The notes beneath the pieces were generated by a model that saw only the letters and a list, made by a program, of their open reading frames with translations, was not told the DNA's origin and did no database searches. The position numbers and the translations under genes are program-made. A stretch of 64,000 nt of DNA. It comes from Octopus vulgaris (Eukaryota). The DNA is taken from positions 26,164,001 through 26,228,000 of the forward strand of contig OX597838.1 in the NCBI GenBank assembly GCA_951406725.2. The letters are read 5' to 3'. This document shows positions 12,030 through 25,499 of this stretch, one piece after another (position 1 is the first letter of the stretch; each line of letters begins with the position of its first letter).

Positions 12030-12810
12030 AAATAACGAGTATTTTCGATATCTGCTTTTCTTCGCTTTCAATCAAGGTTCCAAAGCTGCCAAAAACTGCT
12101 CGAGACATTAGAGATGTGCGTGGAGGAAGAGGTATTACTGAAAGAACTATACAGAAATAGTCTTTACGTTTCAAGGAGGGGAAATTCGATCTGAAAAACT
12201 CTCCGCTTTCCAGTTCAATGAGGTTCAATTGAACAATCTCATACACGAGTAACCGCACTAGTTCAGTGGGGAATTGGGCCCAGCAGATGGAACGCTTTCA
12301 TAACATCTATTTCTTTACTACCCACAAGGGGCTAAACACAGAGAGGACAAACAAGGACAGACACACGGATTGAGTCGATTATATCGACCCCAGTGCGTAA
12401 CTGGTACTTATTTAATCGACCACGAAAGGATGAAAGGCAAAGTCGACCTCGTCGGAATTTGAACTCAGAACGTAGCGGCAGACAAAATACCTATTTCTTT
12501 ACTACCTACAAGGGGCTAAACATAGAAGGGACAAACAAGGACAGACATAGGTATTAAGTCGATTATATCGACCCCAGTGCGTAACTGGTACTTAATTTAT
12601 CGACCCCGAAAGGATGAAAGGCAAAGTCTACCTCGGCGGAATTTGAACTCAGAACGTAGCGGCAGACGAAATACCACTAAGCATTTCGCCCGGCGTGCTA
12701 ACGTTTCTGCCGGCTCGCCGCCTTTCATAACATCGTCACCCGTTACCTTACCACGTGGGGTAATGATCGAAATCTCAGTATATGGGTTTCACACGCTCTG
12801 AAGGAAAGAG
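12030..12810 (+). pseudogene. Mariner transposase N-terminal remnant interrupted by a SINE
   Basis: EYFRYLLFFAFNQGSKAAKTARDI...ITERTIQK*..RFKEGKFDL and WVSHAL (WVPHEL motif) after the SINE. Confidence 0.7.
12308..12722 (-). mobile_element. SINE family B dimer with 12-bp TSD
   Basis: TSD tttcataacatc at 12296-12307 and 12723-12734. Confidence 0.92.
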
Positions 12811-13221
12811 GCAATCAATGGAGGAAAAATAAAACACAATGGGAAAAAAATGAACGAATTGATCTGATAACCCCCAAAGTAATAGATAACTGTGTTTCAC
12901 GAAGACTGTTTGGCCTTCAAGGCATAGGTGGGCTTGCGTCCGAGTCTGTAGATCTTATACCTGAATTGCTTAAATGTTTTACGGATGCTGACATGGCAAG
13001 AAAAGTTCCAATTTATTTCTTGTTTCTTCATCCTTTCGACTTTCGACGATTCGTTCGTGGTATTCATTGCGTCACTATTGAAGAACGATGATTATTCTCT
13101 CGTTTTTTTTTTCTATCACAATTCATACATTCAAACATATGCACACACATACACACACACATATGTGTGTACCTGTATGTGTAAATATGTGTGTGTATAT
13201 ATATGTATGTATGTATGTATG

Positions 13222-13416
<195 letters not shown>

Positions 13417-13617
13417 CATATGTATATACACACACACATGTGTGTGTGTAATATATGTATGGATGGATGGATGGTTGCATGGATGGATGGATGGATAAAT
13501 ACGCATTCCCAGCACACACGCGCATACACAAGACAAATACACACACACAGAAAGAAAGAAAGAGAGAGTGAAAGACAGAGAGAGAGAGAGAGAGAACAAA
13601 AAATGAGAGATAGAGAA

Positions 13618-13695
<78 letters not shown>

Positions 13696-14105
13696 TAGGG
13701 AGAGAGAAACTGACTTGAAATCGGAGGAGGAGGAGGAAAACGTGAGTGAAAAAAAAACAATTAATAATTAGAAAATAAAAAACAAATATGAAGAAGAAGC
13801 TTTGCGAAAGATTGTGTTTGAATGGTTCCGTATCTGCGATCATCGATACATTAAGAATCCATGGTCGTGTGTTTGATGAAGAGCGAGACGGATGAGAAGA
13901 TCAGATATCCTCAAGTCAAACAGTGTTGTTGAACTGAAAGAGATAAACCGAACGATCAGGATTAAGATTAAGGCAATAGATTAGATTGAGCCGATAAGGT
14001 CTGTATTTATTTCTTATTGATCGAATTAGGTTTCTTCAAGAAGTTACTGAACACCTGAAGTAGATAGCATCTGCTTCATTAGACCACAGACTCTATGTTT
14101 GTATG

Positions 14106-14603
<498 letters not shown>

Positions 14604-14625
14604 GTATGTATTGATTAATGCATAT

Positions 14626-15041
14626 TCTCTTTACTCCTTTACTTGTTCAAGTTGTTTGACTGCGGCCATGCTGGAGCACCGCCTTTAGTCGAGCAAATCG
14701 ACCCCAGGACTTATTCTTAGTAAGCCCAGTACTTATTCTATCGGTCTCTTTTGCCGAACCGCTAAGTGACGGGGACGTAAACACACCAGCATCGGTTGCC
14801 AAGCAATGCTAGGGGGGCAAACACAGACACACAAACATACACACAAACACACAGACATATATATATATATACATATATACGACAGGCTTCTTTCAGTTTC
14901 CGTCTACCAAATCCACTCACAAGGCATTGGTCGGCCCGGGGCTATAGCAGAAGACACTTGCCCAAGATGCCACGCAGTGGGACTGAACCCGGAACCATGT
15001 GGTTGGTAAGCAAGCTACATACCACACAGTCACTCCTGCGC
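14626..15041 (-). mobile_element. SINE family A, full length
   Basis: Complete head-to-tail match to 39623-40023 and 28776-29185. Confidence 0.92.
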
Positions 15042-15108
15042 CATATATGTATGTTTGTATGAATGTATGTATATATGTATTGATTAATGCGTATATGCAT
15101 GTATGTAT

Positions 15109-15243
15109 GTCATTATTCAGTTTATTTCAAGATTTCTTGCCAGTAGAGAAAGAACCGGTTTCTTACCTAGATCCAAGACTCCTTCATTGGAATTTCAATT
15201 TAACTGTTTGGATGTTTTGCCTTCTGGTCCCATTTTTTGTCTT

Positions 15244-15245
<2 letters not shown>
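15109..15245 (-). repeat. Short repeat family (also 46350-46450, 47040-47110)
   Basis: Shared ttccaatgaaggag...tctaggt.agaaaccgg.tctt...ggcaag.aatcttgaaa. Confidence 0.6.
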
Positions 15246-15330
<85 letters not shown>

Positions 15331-15334
<4 letters not shown>

Positions 15335-15533
15335 ATTGGCTAGCTTCTGCACGCATTTTTTTTCTCTCCTTGTTTCTTTCTGTGTTTCTTTTCTGTGTAT
15401 CTTTCTGTCGAAGAGCGTAGGCTCGAAACGTAAAAGACTTGTTTTATTTATATTCCTGAGCGCCATACTAATACAATTGTTTGTTTATATTTCACCTGCC
15501 TTCGTCTTTTGTTTATTTTCATAAAGCTTCCCG

Positions 15534-15535
<2 letters not shown>
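15331..15535 (+). mobile_element. (TA)n-anchored repeat family F2 with hammerhead-like motif at 15400-15437
   Basis: tcttt CTGTCGA A GAGC gtag GCTC GAAA CG TA aaaga; homologs at 60218-60470 (+) and 50955-51065 (-). Confidence 0.6.
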
Positions 15536-15596
<61 letters not shown>

Positions 15597-15614
15597 TATA
15601 TATATACATATATA

Positions 15615-15815
15615 TTTCGTTTTGGGATTTGGTTTGCAAGATTCTTTATATGAGTTCGTGTGTTGAAGCATATTCTGTTGTGTCTGGGGAGAGTCATTCT
15701 CTTTTTAGTGCCTTATTATTTAACACACTCACCGGTAAAATTTCCACTTATTTCTTATTTTTATTTTCTAAAATTTTCGTTGCGTGTTGCGACCTTTTCA
15801 ATAGTCTTGACTCTG
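15615..15815 (-). mobile_element. (TA)n-anchored repeat with hammerhead-like motif at 15768-15804
   Basis: Minus: cta TTGAAAA G GTCGC aacac GCAAC GAAA AT TT tag; partial homolog at 23480-23580. Confidence 0.5.
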
Positions 15816-16529
15816 TCCGTTATTTACACTGCGTTCCCTTTTGTTTGTTTGTGCGCATTTGTGTGGGTCAGTTGGTCAGTGTGTGTGTGTGTGCCTATAC
15901 ATGCATGCATGTACGTATGTATGTGTTTGTGTGTTTGCATGTGTATGTATATATGTGTGTGTATGCATATGTATGTATGTATGTGTGTGCATCTGTATGT
16001 ACGTATCCTGCATATTTATCCTGCACGCACGCACACATACACACTCACGCACACATACACACTCACGCACACATGCACACACACACTCACACACACTCAC
16101 AATTACGCACGCACACATACACACGCACATACACACGCACACATACACACACATACAGACTCGCTCACATACATAGACACAAACTCGCACACTCACACAT
16201 ACCCATGCTTACATCCATACACACACACGCACGGACACAACCATAGATTTGTACAACTGACTTCCACCCAGTTTCCATTATGAAGTTCGCCCTCAAAGCA
16301 TTGGTGTGTCTGGGGTTGCTATAGTAGACTCTTGCCCAGGGTGCCTCGCACTAGGGTTGAACCTGAAACAACGTGGTCGCAAAGAGAGGTATTTAACCTC
16401 ACCACCATCACTTGCGTCTATTATTTGTTTGTTTGTTTGTTTTTATTAAAAAATGTCAACTAAATCACGCTTCTATTGTATTCTGTTGCTGTGTTAAGGG
16501 GGAATGGCTTCTTTAGGAAATTTATTCTC

Positions 16530-17330
16530 ATAATCCTCGTCGTTATCACCACCACCATCATCATCATCATCACCACCACCACTATCATCATCACCCTCAT
16601 CATTACCACCACCATCATCATCACCCTCATCATTACCACCACTATCATCATCACCCTCATCATCGTCGTCGTCGTTGTCATCGGCAACGGCGTCGTCTTC
16701 GTCGTCATCGTCATCATCATCATCACCACCACCACCACTACCATCATCATCATCATCACTACCACCATCATAATCACCCTCATCATCATCTCATCATTAT
16801 CATCATCGTCGTCATCAACGTCGTCGTCTTCGTCGTCATCATCATCACCATCATCATCAGCTGCTGCAGCAGCAGTGTCGTCGTCGGCGTTGTCATCATC
16901 ATTAATGGCGTCGTCGTCTTCGTCTCCGTCGTCATTATAATCGTCATCATCATCATCATTAGCAGCAACAGTGTCGTCCCCGTCGACGTCGTAATTATCA
17001 TTTATGGCGTCGACGTCGTCGTCGTCGTCGTCATCATCATCATTATCATCATCATCATCATCCACAACAACAACAACAATAGCAACAACCACTACAATAA
17101 CAGCAGCAGCAGTAGTGGTGGTTGTAGTCAAAGCACCTGTAGTAGCTTGTACAGCAGCGATAGTAGAGGCTTCATAATCCTCTCCACGATAACACACTTG
17201 CTGCTGCTGTTTCTACTGTTTCTGCTGCTGCCGCTGATGATGATGATGAAGAGGAGGATGAGGATGATGTAGTACATCATCATCAGCATTATTATTGTTA
17301 TCGCCATCATCATCATCATCATCAAAATAG
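16530..17330. repeat. (CAT/CGT/CAC/GAT) trinucleotide low-complexity tract
   Basis: Poly-Asp/Ser/Ile translations in all frames. Confidence 0.85.
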
Positions 17331-17856
17331 TACCAAGTCTTCCTAAAATTACATAACGCACCGACATATTGGATGAAGATTATAGTACAAAATGGTCTAC
17401 AAATGGTCGCGGTTGGAACGTCTTTGGACACAGGTCTACTGAATTAGAACTTATAATAATTAATACAACAATGACGATGGCGACCTTAACAACAACAGCA
17501 ATAACAAAAAAGAGTGACGACCTCAACAGCGTTACAGGAAACGAGACAAGACTGTACTACAATTTGGTCATTCGATTGCCTAGAAATAACAGCCAATTAC
17601 CCATCCCCTGAAATCGTATCCTGCCGTCTTTATATAAACAGAGGATCCATCTTCAGTCCTGCATACACACTGACAAAAGTCTGACTGAATGGTCCACTTT
17701 GTTAAGGGACATCTGCATCAAAACAACAACAGCAAAAACAGCAATCACAACAATAACTCTTCAGAGCAAAGGAAATACTCTCTGGAGCAATCAGATTTGA
17801 TGTGTGTATATTAACGGACTGGGTGTTTGTTTCTCTGGGATTGTTGAAGTGTCATT

Positions 17857-17907
17857 CACACCTCTGATGAGAGCTCAATGAGGAGCGAAAATCGACTAAG
17901 GCTGTTG
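17857..17907 (+). ncRNA. Hammerhead-like motif, canonical CUGAUGA core
   Basis: cct CTGATGA ga GCTC aatgag GAGC GAAA ATCGAC TA agg; related to 28688-28726. Confidence 0.5.
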
Positions 17908-17979
17908 TTCATTCTTTTTTTTTTTTTTAGGCAGAGGAATGGTTTAATATCTAGTTAATTAAAGCTACCTGTTACTGCT

Positions 17980-17995
17980 TGTGCTGCTGCTGCTG

Positions 17996-18028
<33 letters not shown>

Positions 18029-18400
18029 TTATCATCACTACTACCACCACTACCACAATGACAACTACTACCGCCACCACTGCCACTATCATCACTACGA
18101 ACACCACCGCCGAAACCACCACCAACACCAGCACCAATACCACCACCCAAACCACCACCCAAACCACCACTACTAATACTTCTACAGGCATCACCACCAA
18201 CATCACCACTACTACCACCACCATTACCACCATCACCACCACCACTGCTACTACTAATACTACTACTACCACTACCACTATCATCACCACCACCACCACC
18301 ATCCTCACCACCAACATTACTACCATCACCACTATCACTACCAGCGTTACTACCACCACCATCACCACCACCACAACTACTACTACTACTACTACTTAAT
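17980..18400. repeat. (ACT/ACC) trinucleotide tract
   Basis: Direct reading. Confidence 0.85.
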
Positions 18401-18529
18401 GCTAACCCTACGAGTACACACAAACTATGGATTCGAACACTCAACTTCCAGTTTGCGAGAGAGAGAGAGAGAGAGAGGGTCTCCAACTAGCTGAGCTATG
18501 AAATTCATCAAATGCGTTGCAGTCATATT

Positions 18530-19380
18530 GCATACAAAGCTTTTCAGCATGCGAAACAATTTTAGCAAGCGACTTTTGTAGCAGGCAAAATACTTTAACA
18601 TTCAAAACGGTTTAGCATGAAATATTTTAGCATGCGACAACACAATCTCGTCGCATATTTTAACATGCATGAAACTTACCATGTAACATTTTTGCTTGAA
18701 GCAACCTTTTAGAATACAAGAATTCTTAGTATTCAAACAATGTATTTTGCATGCAACAATACATTTAACATGCAACAGTATTTTAGCATTCGACAGCATT
18801 TAAGCATGCAACAGCCTTTTAACATGCAGAAATTTAGAATGCGACAACGTTTTTGCACGTAACAAGATCTTTGCATAGAATGATATTTTAATTTTCAAAC
18901 CACATATTTTGTATGCAGTAACGTATTTAGCATGCAAAATCATTTTAACATGCAACAGCATTTTAGCATGCAAGAATTTTGAATGCATTCAAACCACATA
19001 ATTTGCATGCAACAGCATGCACGTAACATGATTTTTGCATAGACTTATATTTTAACATGCAACAACATTTTATCATGCAACACTGTTTTAGTATGCGGCC
19101 ACGTTTTTCTGTACCACATTTCAGTATGTAACAGTTTAACTTCTAGTAATATTCCAATAAGCAACGACAATCTATTATGCAATATTTTTGCCTGCCATAA
19201 TACTTTAGTATGCAATAATAATTTTAGCCTGCAAGAACATTTTATTTAGCGAGCCATATTTTCGCATCCAGCTATATTTTAGCATGCAGCCAAATTTTAG
19301 TATGCAACAAGCGTTTTACTAAGCAACAAGCTTTTAGCTTGCTATCGAAGTTTGGCTTGTAACAAGATTATAATGTAGAA
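18530..19380. repeat. Degenerate minisatellite, unit about 20 bp (attttagcatgcaacaa-like)
   Basis: Dozens of tttta(g/a)catgcaa variants. Confidence 0.8.
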
Positions 19381-20039
19381 TACACCAGCTAAACTCTTTG
19401 TTATTTTTTCTTTTGCTTTCAGACAATTTTAGATTCTTGCCGTCTGTCAAAACGTGCAATCTTTAAACATTCGTTTTGTAAAAAACATTTGCTGGTTTGT
19501 GGTTCTCGGAGGTGCGGCAACGTATGTTGTTTGTTGGACATAAATAAAAACAAATATTCACGTGACAGCCGACTCACGTTTGTAGTATCATAAATGTAAT
19601 TATATTTTATATTCAATGTCTTATTTTCTTTTTCGTATTGAGTATTTGATTGCACAATAACAGTATCAATACGAGTCAGTGAATTCTTAGCTGGCACAAA
19701 TGCAATATAACCGAAAATATTAGGCCTCAAGTTTTCTTACTACACCGACCCTTCACAAACGCATCTTTTCTGCCAATTTCTTGACATAAAATTTATGATC
19801 TCCATCCATCAACATAACTGAACCTTATCCACAGAGATTTAGCGGAGATTAACAAACTGAAATAAAACACATCAGATTAGGTAGAAATTGGGAAATGATA
19901 TTTGGTAACGGGTAAAGATTTTGGTATGCATGAAATGGCTACGAAATCTAACTAAACATGCAGTTGTAATAAAAGTAAAATGTAAATTAACATCAGCTGC
20001 TTTTAGTTTGCAAAGAACATGAATAAATAGAAGAATTGT

Positions 20040-20200
20040 TCTGATAGACGAAATGCGGCTTAGCAACCGCATGGTTTGGGGTTCAGTCCTACCGCGCTGC
20101 ACCTTGAGCAAGCGTCTTCTACTATAGCCTCAGACCGACCAATGCCTTGTGAGTGGATTTCGTTGACGGAAACTGTGTGGAAGCCTGTAGAGTGTGTATG
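20040..20200 (+). mobile_element. SINE family A 5' part (3' part at 20857-20945)
   Basis: gggttcagtcc...accttgagcaag...gccttgtgagtggattt. Confidence 0.75.
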
Positions 20201-20213
20201 TATGTGTGTGTGT

Positions 20214-20390
20214 GTATTAAATAAAATGAAACAACAAAACCAAGGCTGTGTGGAATTTTCAGGGCATTTATGAAGAGAAAGTTAGTCTTACATGTGTTTC
20301 TGGGATATTAGGGATACCCCTCCACCAGAGATAAATGTCCTGAAAATTCCACACAGCTTTGGCTTTGTTGTCTCAGTTTATTTAACATAT
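20214..20390. repeat. Imperfect inverted repeat (about 55-bp arms) with decayed hammerhead-like loop
   Basis: gctgtgtggaattttcagggcatttat / ataaatgtcctgaaaattccacacagc. Confidence 0.65.
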
Positions 20391-20523
20391 ACATGCTCAT
20401 ACAAGACCTGCATTAGACTCCTCACTCGTATCATTATAGAACCGAGAGTTCAACTACGGTCCTTCCATAGCACTTACATAGCGTTACCTGCCATCTTGGG
20501 TCTTCTGGATACCAATACCTTTC

Positions 20524-20619
<96 letters not shown>

Positions 20620-21009
20620 GTAGTGGGTAGCGATTTTCTTCACTACTTCAGGGAGTGATGACCCTACCTGACATGAGTCCCGGGCTCAGCTGGCTCCGGC
20701 TGACAGTACTCGGTATGGATTGCGGAAAAGAAACAACCTTCAAAAAAAATCCTGAGTGAAGCCCCGTAGGTAGTTTAGTGTTCGACTCGACACTCTTCCG
20801 GCAGCTCCTGCAACCAGGCCGATGCCAAACGTAATGCTCTGCAGTCCTTTAGACTACGGGGTCGATTTGTTTGACATAGACCCTTCAGAATGGTGTCCCC
20901 AGCTTGGCCGCAGTCCTTCACTGAAGTAAATAACAAATGAAAATAAAGAAAACGGCTGTTGCAAGATCACGTTTTCATGTAAAGAATTGTTTCTTGTGAA
21001 CTTGAGGCT

Positions 21010-22025
21010 AATATCGATTTCAAATTTTGGCACAAGGCCAGCAACTTCGGGGAGGGGTTAAGTCGATGACATCGACCTCTGGTACTTATTTTATCGATCT
21101 CAAAAGGGTGAAAGACAAAGTCGACCGCGGCGGAATTTGAACTCAGAATGTTAAAGGCAAGGAAATGCCATTAAAAAACATTTTGTCCGGCATGCTAACG
21201 TTTCTGCCTGCTCGCCGCCTTATGATAATATATTTTCTATTCTAGGCACACGGCCTGAAATTTTCGGGGAGAGGACAAGTCGATTACATTGACCCCAATG
21301 CGTAACTGGTACTTATTTCATCGACCCTGAAAGGATGAAAGGCAAAGTCGACCTCGGCGGAATTTGAACTCACTACGTGAAAACGGACGAAATGCCGCTA
21401 AACATTTTTCCTGGTATGTTAACAATTCTGCCAGCTCGTCACCTTTGATAATTGCTAATATCGGTTTCAAATTTTGGCTCAAGGCCAGCAAATTCAGGTT
21501 GTTGGGAGGTTGGGTCGATTACATCGACCCTAGTACTCAACTGCTATTTATTTTCTTGACCCCGAAAGGATGAAAGGTAAAGTCAACCACGGCGGAATTT
21601 GAACTCAGAACTTGAAGACAGATGAAATACCTATTTCTTTATTACCCACAAGGGGCTAAACACAGAGAGGACAAACAAGGACAGACAAACGGATTAAGTT
21701 GATTACATCGACTCCAGCTCGTAACTGGTACTTATTTAATCGACCCCGAATGGATGAAAGGCAAAGTCGACCTCGGCGGTATTTGAACTCAGAACGTAAC
21801 GGCATTCGAAATACCTATTTCTTTACTACCCACAAGGGGCTAAACATAGAGAGGACAAACAAGGACAGACAAAGGTATTAAGTCGATTACATCGACCCCA
21901 GTGCGTAACTGGTACTTAATTTATCGACCCCAAAAGGATGAAAGGCAAAGTCTACCACGGCGGAATTTGAACTCAGAACTTGGAGACAGACGAAATGCCG
22001 TGAAAGCATTCCGCCTGGTGTGTTA
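21010..22025 (-). mobile_element. Cluster of SINE family B copies (short-tail copies plus nested long-tail units)
   Basis: Five repeats of cggcgg(a)atttgaactca; heads near 21220, 21440 and 22023. Confidence 0.9.
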
Positions 22026-22034
22026 ACGCTTCTG

Positions 22035-22630
22035 CCAGCTCGCCAGATTATGGGATGGTTCTAATATGAACAGGAAGTATAGCCTCTCTATTGAACTGGT
22101 GACCATTACATCCCGTCCTTTTTCAAAGGAGCTAGGCCTTTGTAATCGAAGCGCAAGCGATAGCTACAGCATATCCTTTCAACAAAAGAAACCGCGAAGC
22201 ATTTAAACTATTATGGTCGCATTTCTGAAGAAGATATTATGCATGTGATCAGCAGCTACCCGAAACTAAACAAAAAAAAAATATATATATATATATATCT
22301 GTCATTAAGGTTACTACTTTCCAATGCGGTATGATGTTATTGATAAAATCCGTATACAATGGCATCCGTAAGAAAGACTGCCCTGGAATAAATATGGAGA
22401 ATATTTCTGTGTGTTGAATACACATTAATACATTACCTCACAATAGCTACTGATTGATCAATGCAACATTTCCCGTTGAAACTTCCACCAAATACAAACA
22501 TAACAGGCCTGATATATTTGTTTGGGACTGAAAAGGAAAATTATAGGCAGTTATGGAGGTCAGGTACCTGGCACAAGTGATCGTTTCTTTAAAAAAAAAA
22601 AATTAAGTGAAAGAAAGAGAATATTTATGC
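22035..22630 (+). pseudogene. R4/Dong-like retrotransposon C-terminal remnant (restriction-like endonuclease)
   Basis: EDIMHVISSYPKL...STKYKHNRPDIFVWD...VMEV (RPD..E motif). Confidence 0.65.
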
Positions 22631-22639
22631 ATGACGGTA

Positions 22640-22810
22640 CAGGCATGGCAGTGTGGTAAAGAGAAGATCGCTGCTTCGCTTTTAAACCACGTGATTTTGG
22701 GTTCAGTCCCACTGTGTGGCACCTTGGCTAAGTGTTTTTTGCTATAGCCCCATGCTGGCTTATGCTTCGTGAGTAAATTTGTAGACGGAAATTGTGTGGA
22801 AGCCAGTCAC
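22640..22810 (+). mobile_element. SINE family A 5' half
   Basis: caggcatggcagtgtggtaa...gggttcagtcccactgtgtggcacc. Confidence 0.75.
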
Positions 22811-24539
22811 ACAAATACGCACACATGAGAGCAAGAAAGAGAGAGAGAGAGAAAGAAAGAGAGAGAGATAAAGAATGAGAGAAAAAGAGAATGTATGTGG
22901 TGTGGGTTAGGCGCATTTATAATTCATTTATTCGCTTTGTGTATGTACACGAGTTTATGTGTGTATTTGTGTGTGTGTGTGTTTGTGTGTGATTTCTTAA
23001 ATCCATTTTATGAGTGTATGTGCATGCATTTATATGTGTATTCGTGTGTATGTGTATAGCAAGTGTATTTTAGAATTGGTAGAAAGTTCATCATTCTGTG
23101 CTCTTGATTTTTCTTAGTTTTCTTTTCCCCCGATTTCTTTTTATCTGTGTGGAATTATCGAAACTGTATGAATCCCACAACCACTTCCGTTGCCGATGTT
23201 TTACACTTTAGTATTCTTTCATTCCCTTCTGCCTTTGGCTAGTAATGAAATGTAGGCTTGCTGGGACAACTGAACTTAGGGGTGTAATTCAAGCATGACC
23301 AGGAGTAGGGAGAGAGAGACAGACAGAAAGGCAGAGACAGAAACAGACAACAGACAGACAGAGAGTGAAAGAGAGAGCATGTCGTTGAAGAGTTCGCGAA
23401 GAAAGGGCTTTGGCAAACATAACCGATTGATTGATTAAACGAATGGTTAATCAAACAATCAATTTGTTTATTCCTGAAATAGTCTACCGGTGTTTATTAT
23501 TGACTAAACGACCCTCCCGAGACACAACAAAATATGTTTCAACACGAGTTCACAAGCAGAATCTTGCAAACCAAATCCATCCATCCATTCTTCTCTGCCC
23601 ACTATTCCTAAAGGGTCATGGGAATAGAATCGTCAGGTTCTTCCTCCATAAGGTCCTATCAGAAGCAACCTTCATTAGACATCACGGTTGGGCTCCCAGG
23701 CATAACCTATTGCGACTGTGGATATTAACCAACTCATCCCGTTCTTGGACGTCCCTCAATTCATAAATACATACACACACACAAAACACATTTATATACA
23801 CTCATACACGCATACATATAGACATACACGCACATATAAACATAAATACATTGACATACATACACATATGCACATATATTTGCATACATACACACGTACA
23901 TAGTATGAAAGAGTCGAAACCTCTATATAATGCAAACACAACAGACCAGACATAGTGATTAAGGACAGAGAAGGGAAGCCGGTTGGCTGGGCTTGAAAAA
24001 TCTGTCTTGCAATTCTTTTCAGCGATATTCTAATCACATGCCCACACTGCCAGAGCTATGACCTCTCAATGCGAAAAAATAGCGGCTCGACTAAGAGAGG
24101 TTCCTTGGTTTCCGAACTACGCACCTCCTTATGTAACCTCACCCCAGAGATCCTTTCACGGGGCGACACTGTTGCAGCTGCTGGTATTCCTGAACGTACT
24201 TTTCCGTTTATTACCCAACATTCAACAAAGTCCGAAAAACGAAATCTTTAGAGAACATTATTTTAAAGATAAACTGAAGTAAAATTCCATAAACTTCACA
24301 AATTACCATTCGTTAAATCCTATTATTAACTCTGTCCTTCACCATAAATATTTCCTGTCTTATGTATATGACACAAGCGACACACGAATTTCAAATGCAA
24401 GACTCGGATGAATATCGCTGGTGACAGAATTTAAAAAAAATCTGAAATTTTAACGTTTTCCAAATTAATGTTTCATGTTTTTCCATTTCTTTCTAGACAT
24501 TATCTAACTTACTCATACATAACTCATAACTGTCAGCTT

Positions 24540-24542
<3 letters not shown>

Positions 24543-24603
<61 letters not shown>

Positions 24604-24870
24604 CTCTCTCTCTTTCTTTCTCTCTCTCTCTCTTTCTTTCTTTCTCTCTCTCTCTCTCTTTCGCTCTCTTTCGCTCTCTCCTCTCTGTGTCTGTCTGTCT
24701 TCTTTCTCTCTCTTTCCTCTATCTCTTTCTGTCTCTCTCTGCCTCCATTCCTCTCTCTGTCCCCCTTCTTCGCTCCCTCTCTTTCTCTCTATTTTCTCTC
24801 TTTTCTCTGTCTCCCCCCTCTCTCTCTTCACTGCTTCCTCTCTCTTCCTCTTACTTTCTCTTTCGCTTTC
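24543..24870. repeat. (CT)n polypyrimidine tract
   Basis: Direct reading. Confidence 0.9.
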
Positions 24871-25008
24871 ATTACAGATACGTACACACAAACATATATA
24901 CGCATGTGTGCGTGTGACTATATATATGAATATATATCCATATAAATATATATCATACTATATGAATTTGAGTATGTATATGTGTGTGAATGCATTTATT
25001 TATATCTG

Positions 25009-25072
<64 letters not shown>

Positions 25073-25379
25073 TGTACCTATATATGCGTATACACATATT
25101 GATATATGTGAGTATATAATACACATATTTTTATAATACTATTTATGTATCTCATACTTTCTCTATACATACATTCAAATGTGTGTGTATCATACGCACA
25201 TAAGCAATGTAGAATTGTTGCAATCGTTTTTACATTATGTATATAAATAACCCACCTTCGAGGCGTCGAGTTTTCTATCAAAACTTGAAGTTATTCTTGT
25301 CACTACATATATACATACATATATACACACACACATCACATACATAATATATACATACCATACAAACACAAACACACAT

Positions 25380-25422
<43 letters not shown>

Positions 25423-25499
25423 CATATATATATATATACTCGCATACATATATACAAACACACATGTATATATATATACACACACACATATATATATAA

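Noticed and set aside
16460-17197. Asp-rich 245-aa ORF resembling a biomineral protein
   Set aside because: Shifts from poly-D to poly-M/V as expected from (GAT)n slippage; no signal peptide.
17965-18486. Gly-rich ORF resembling cuticle or beak protein
   Set aside because: (GGT/AGT)n tract equally open in other frames.
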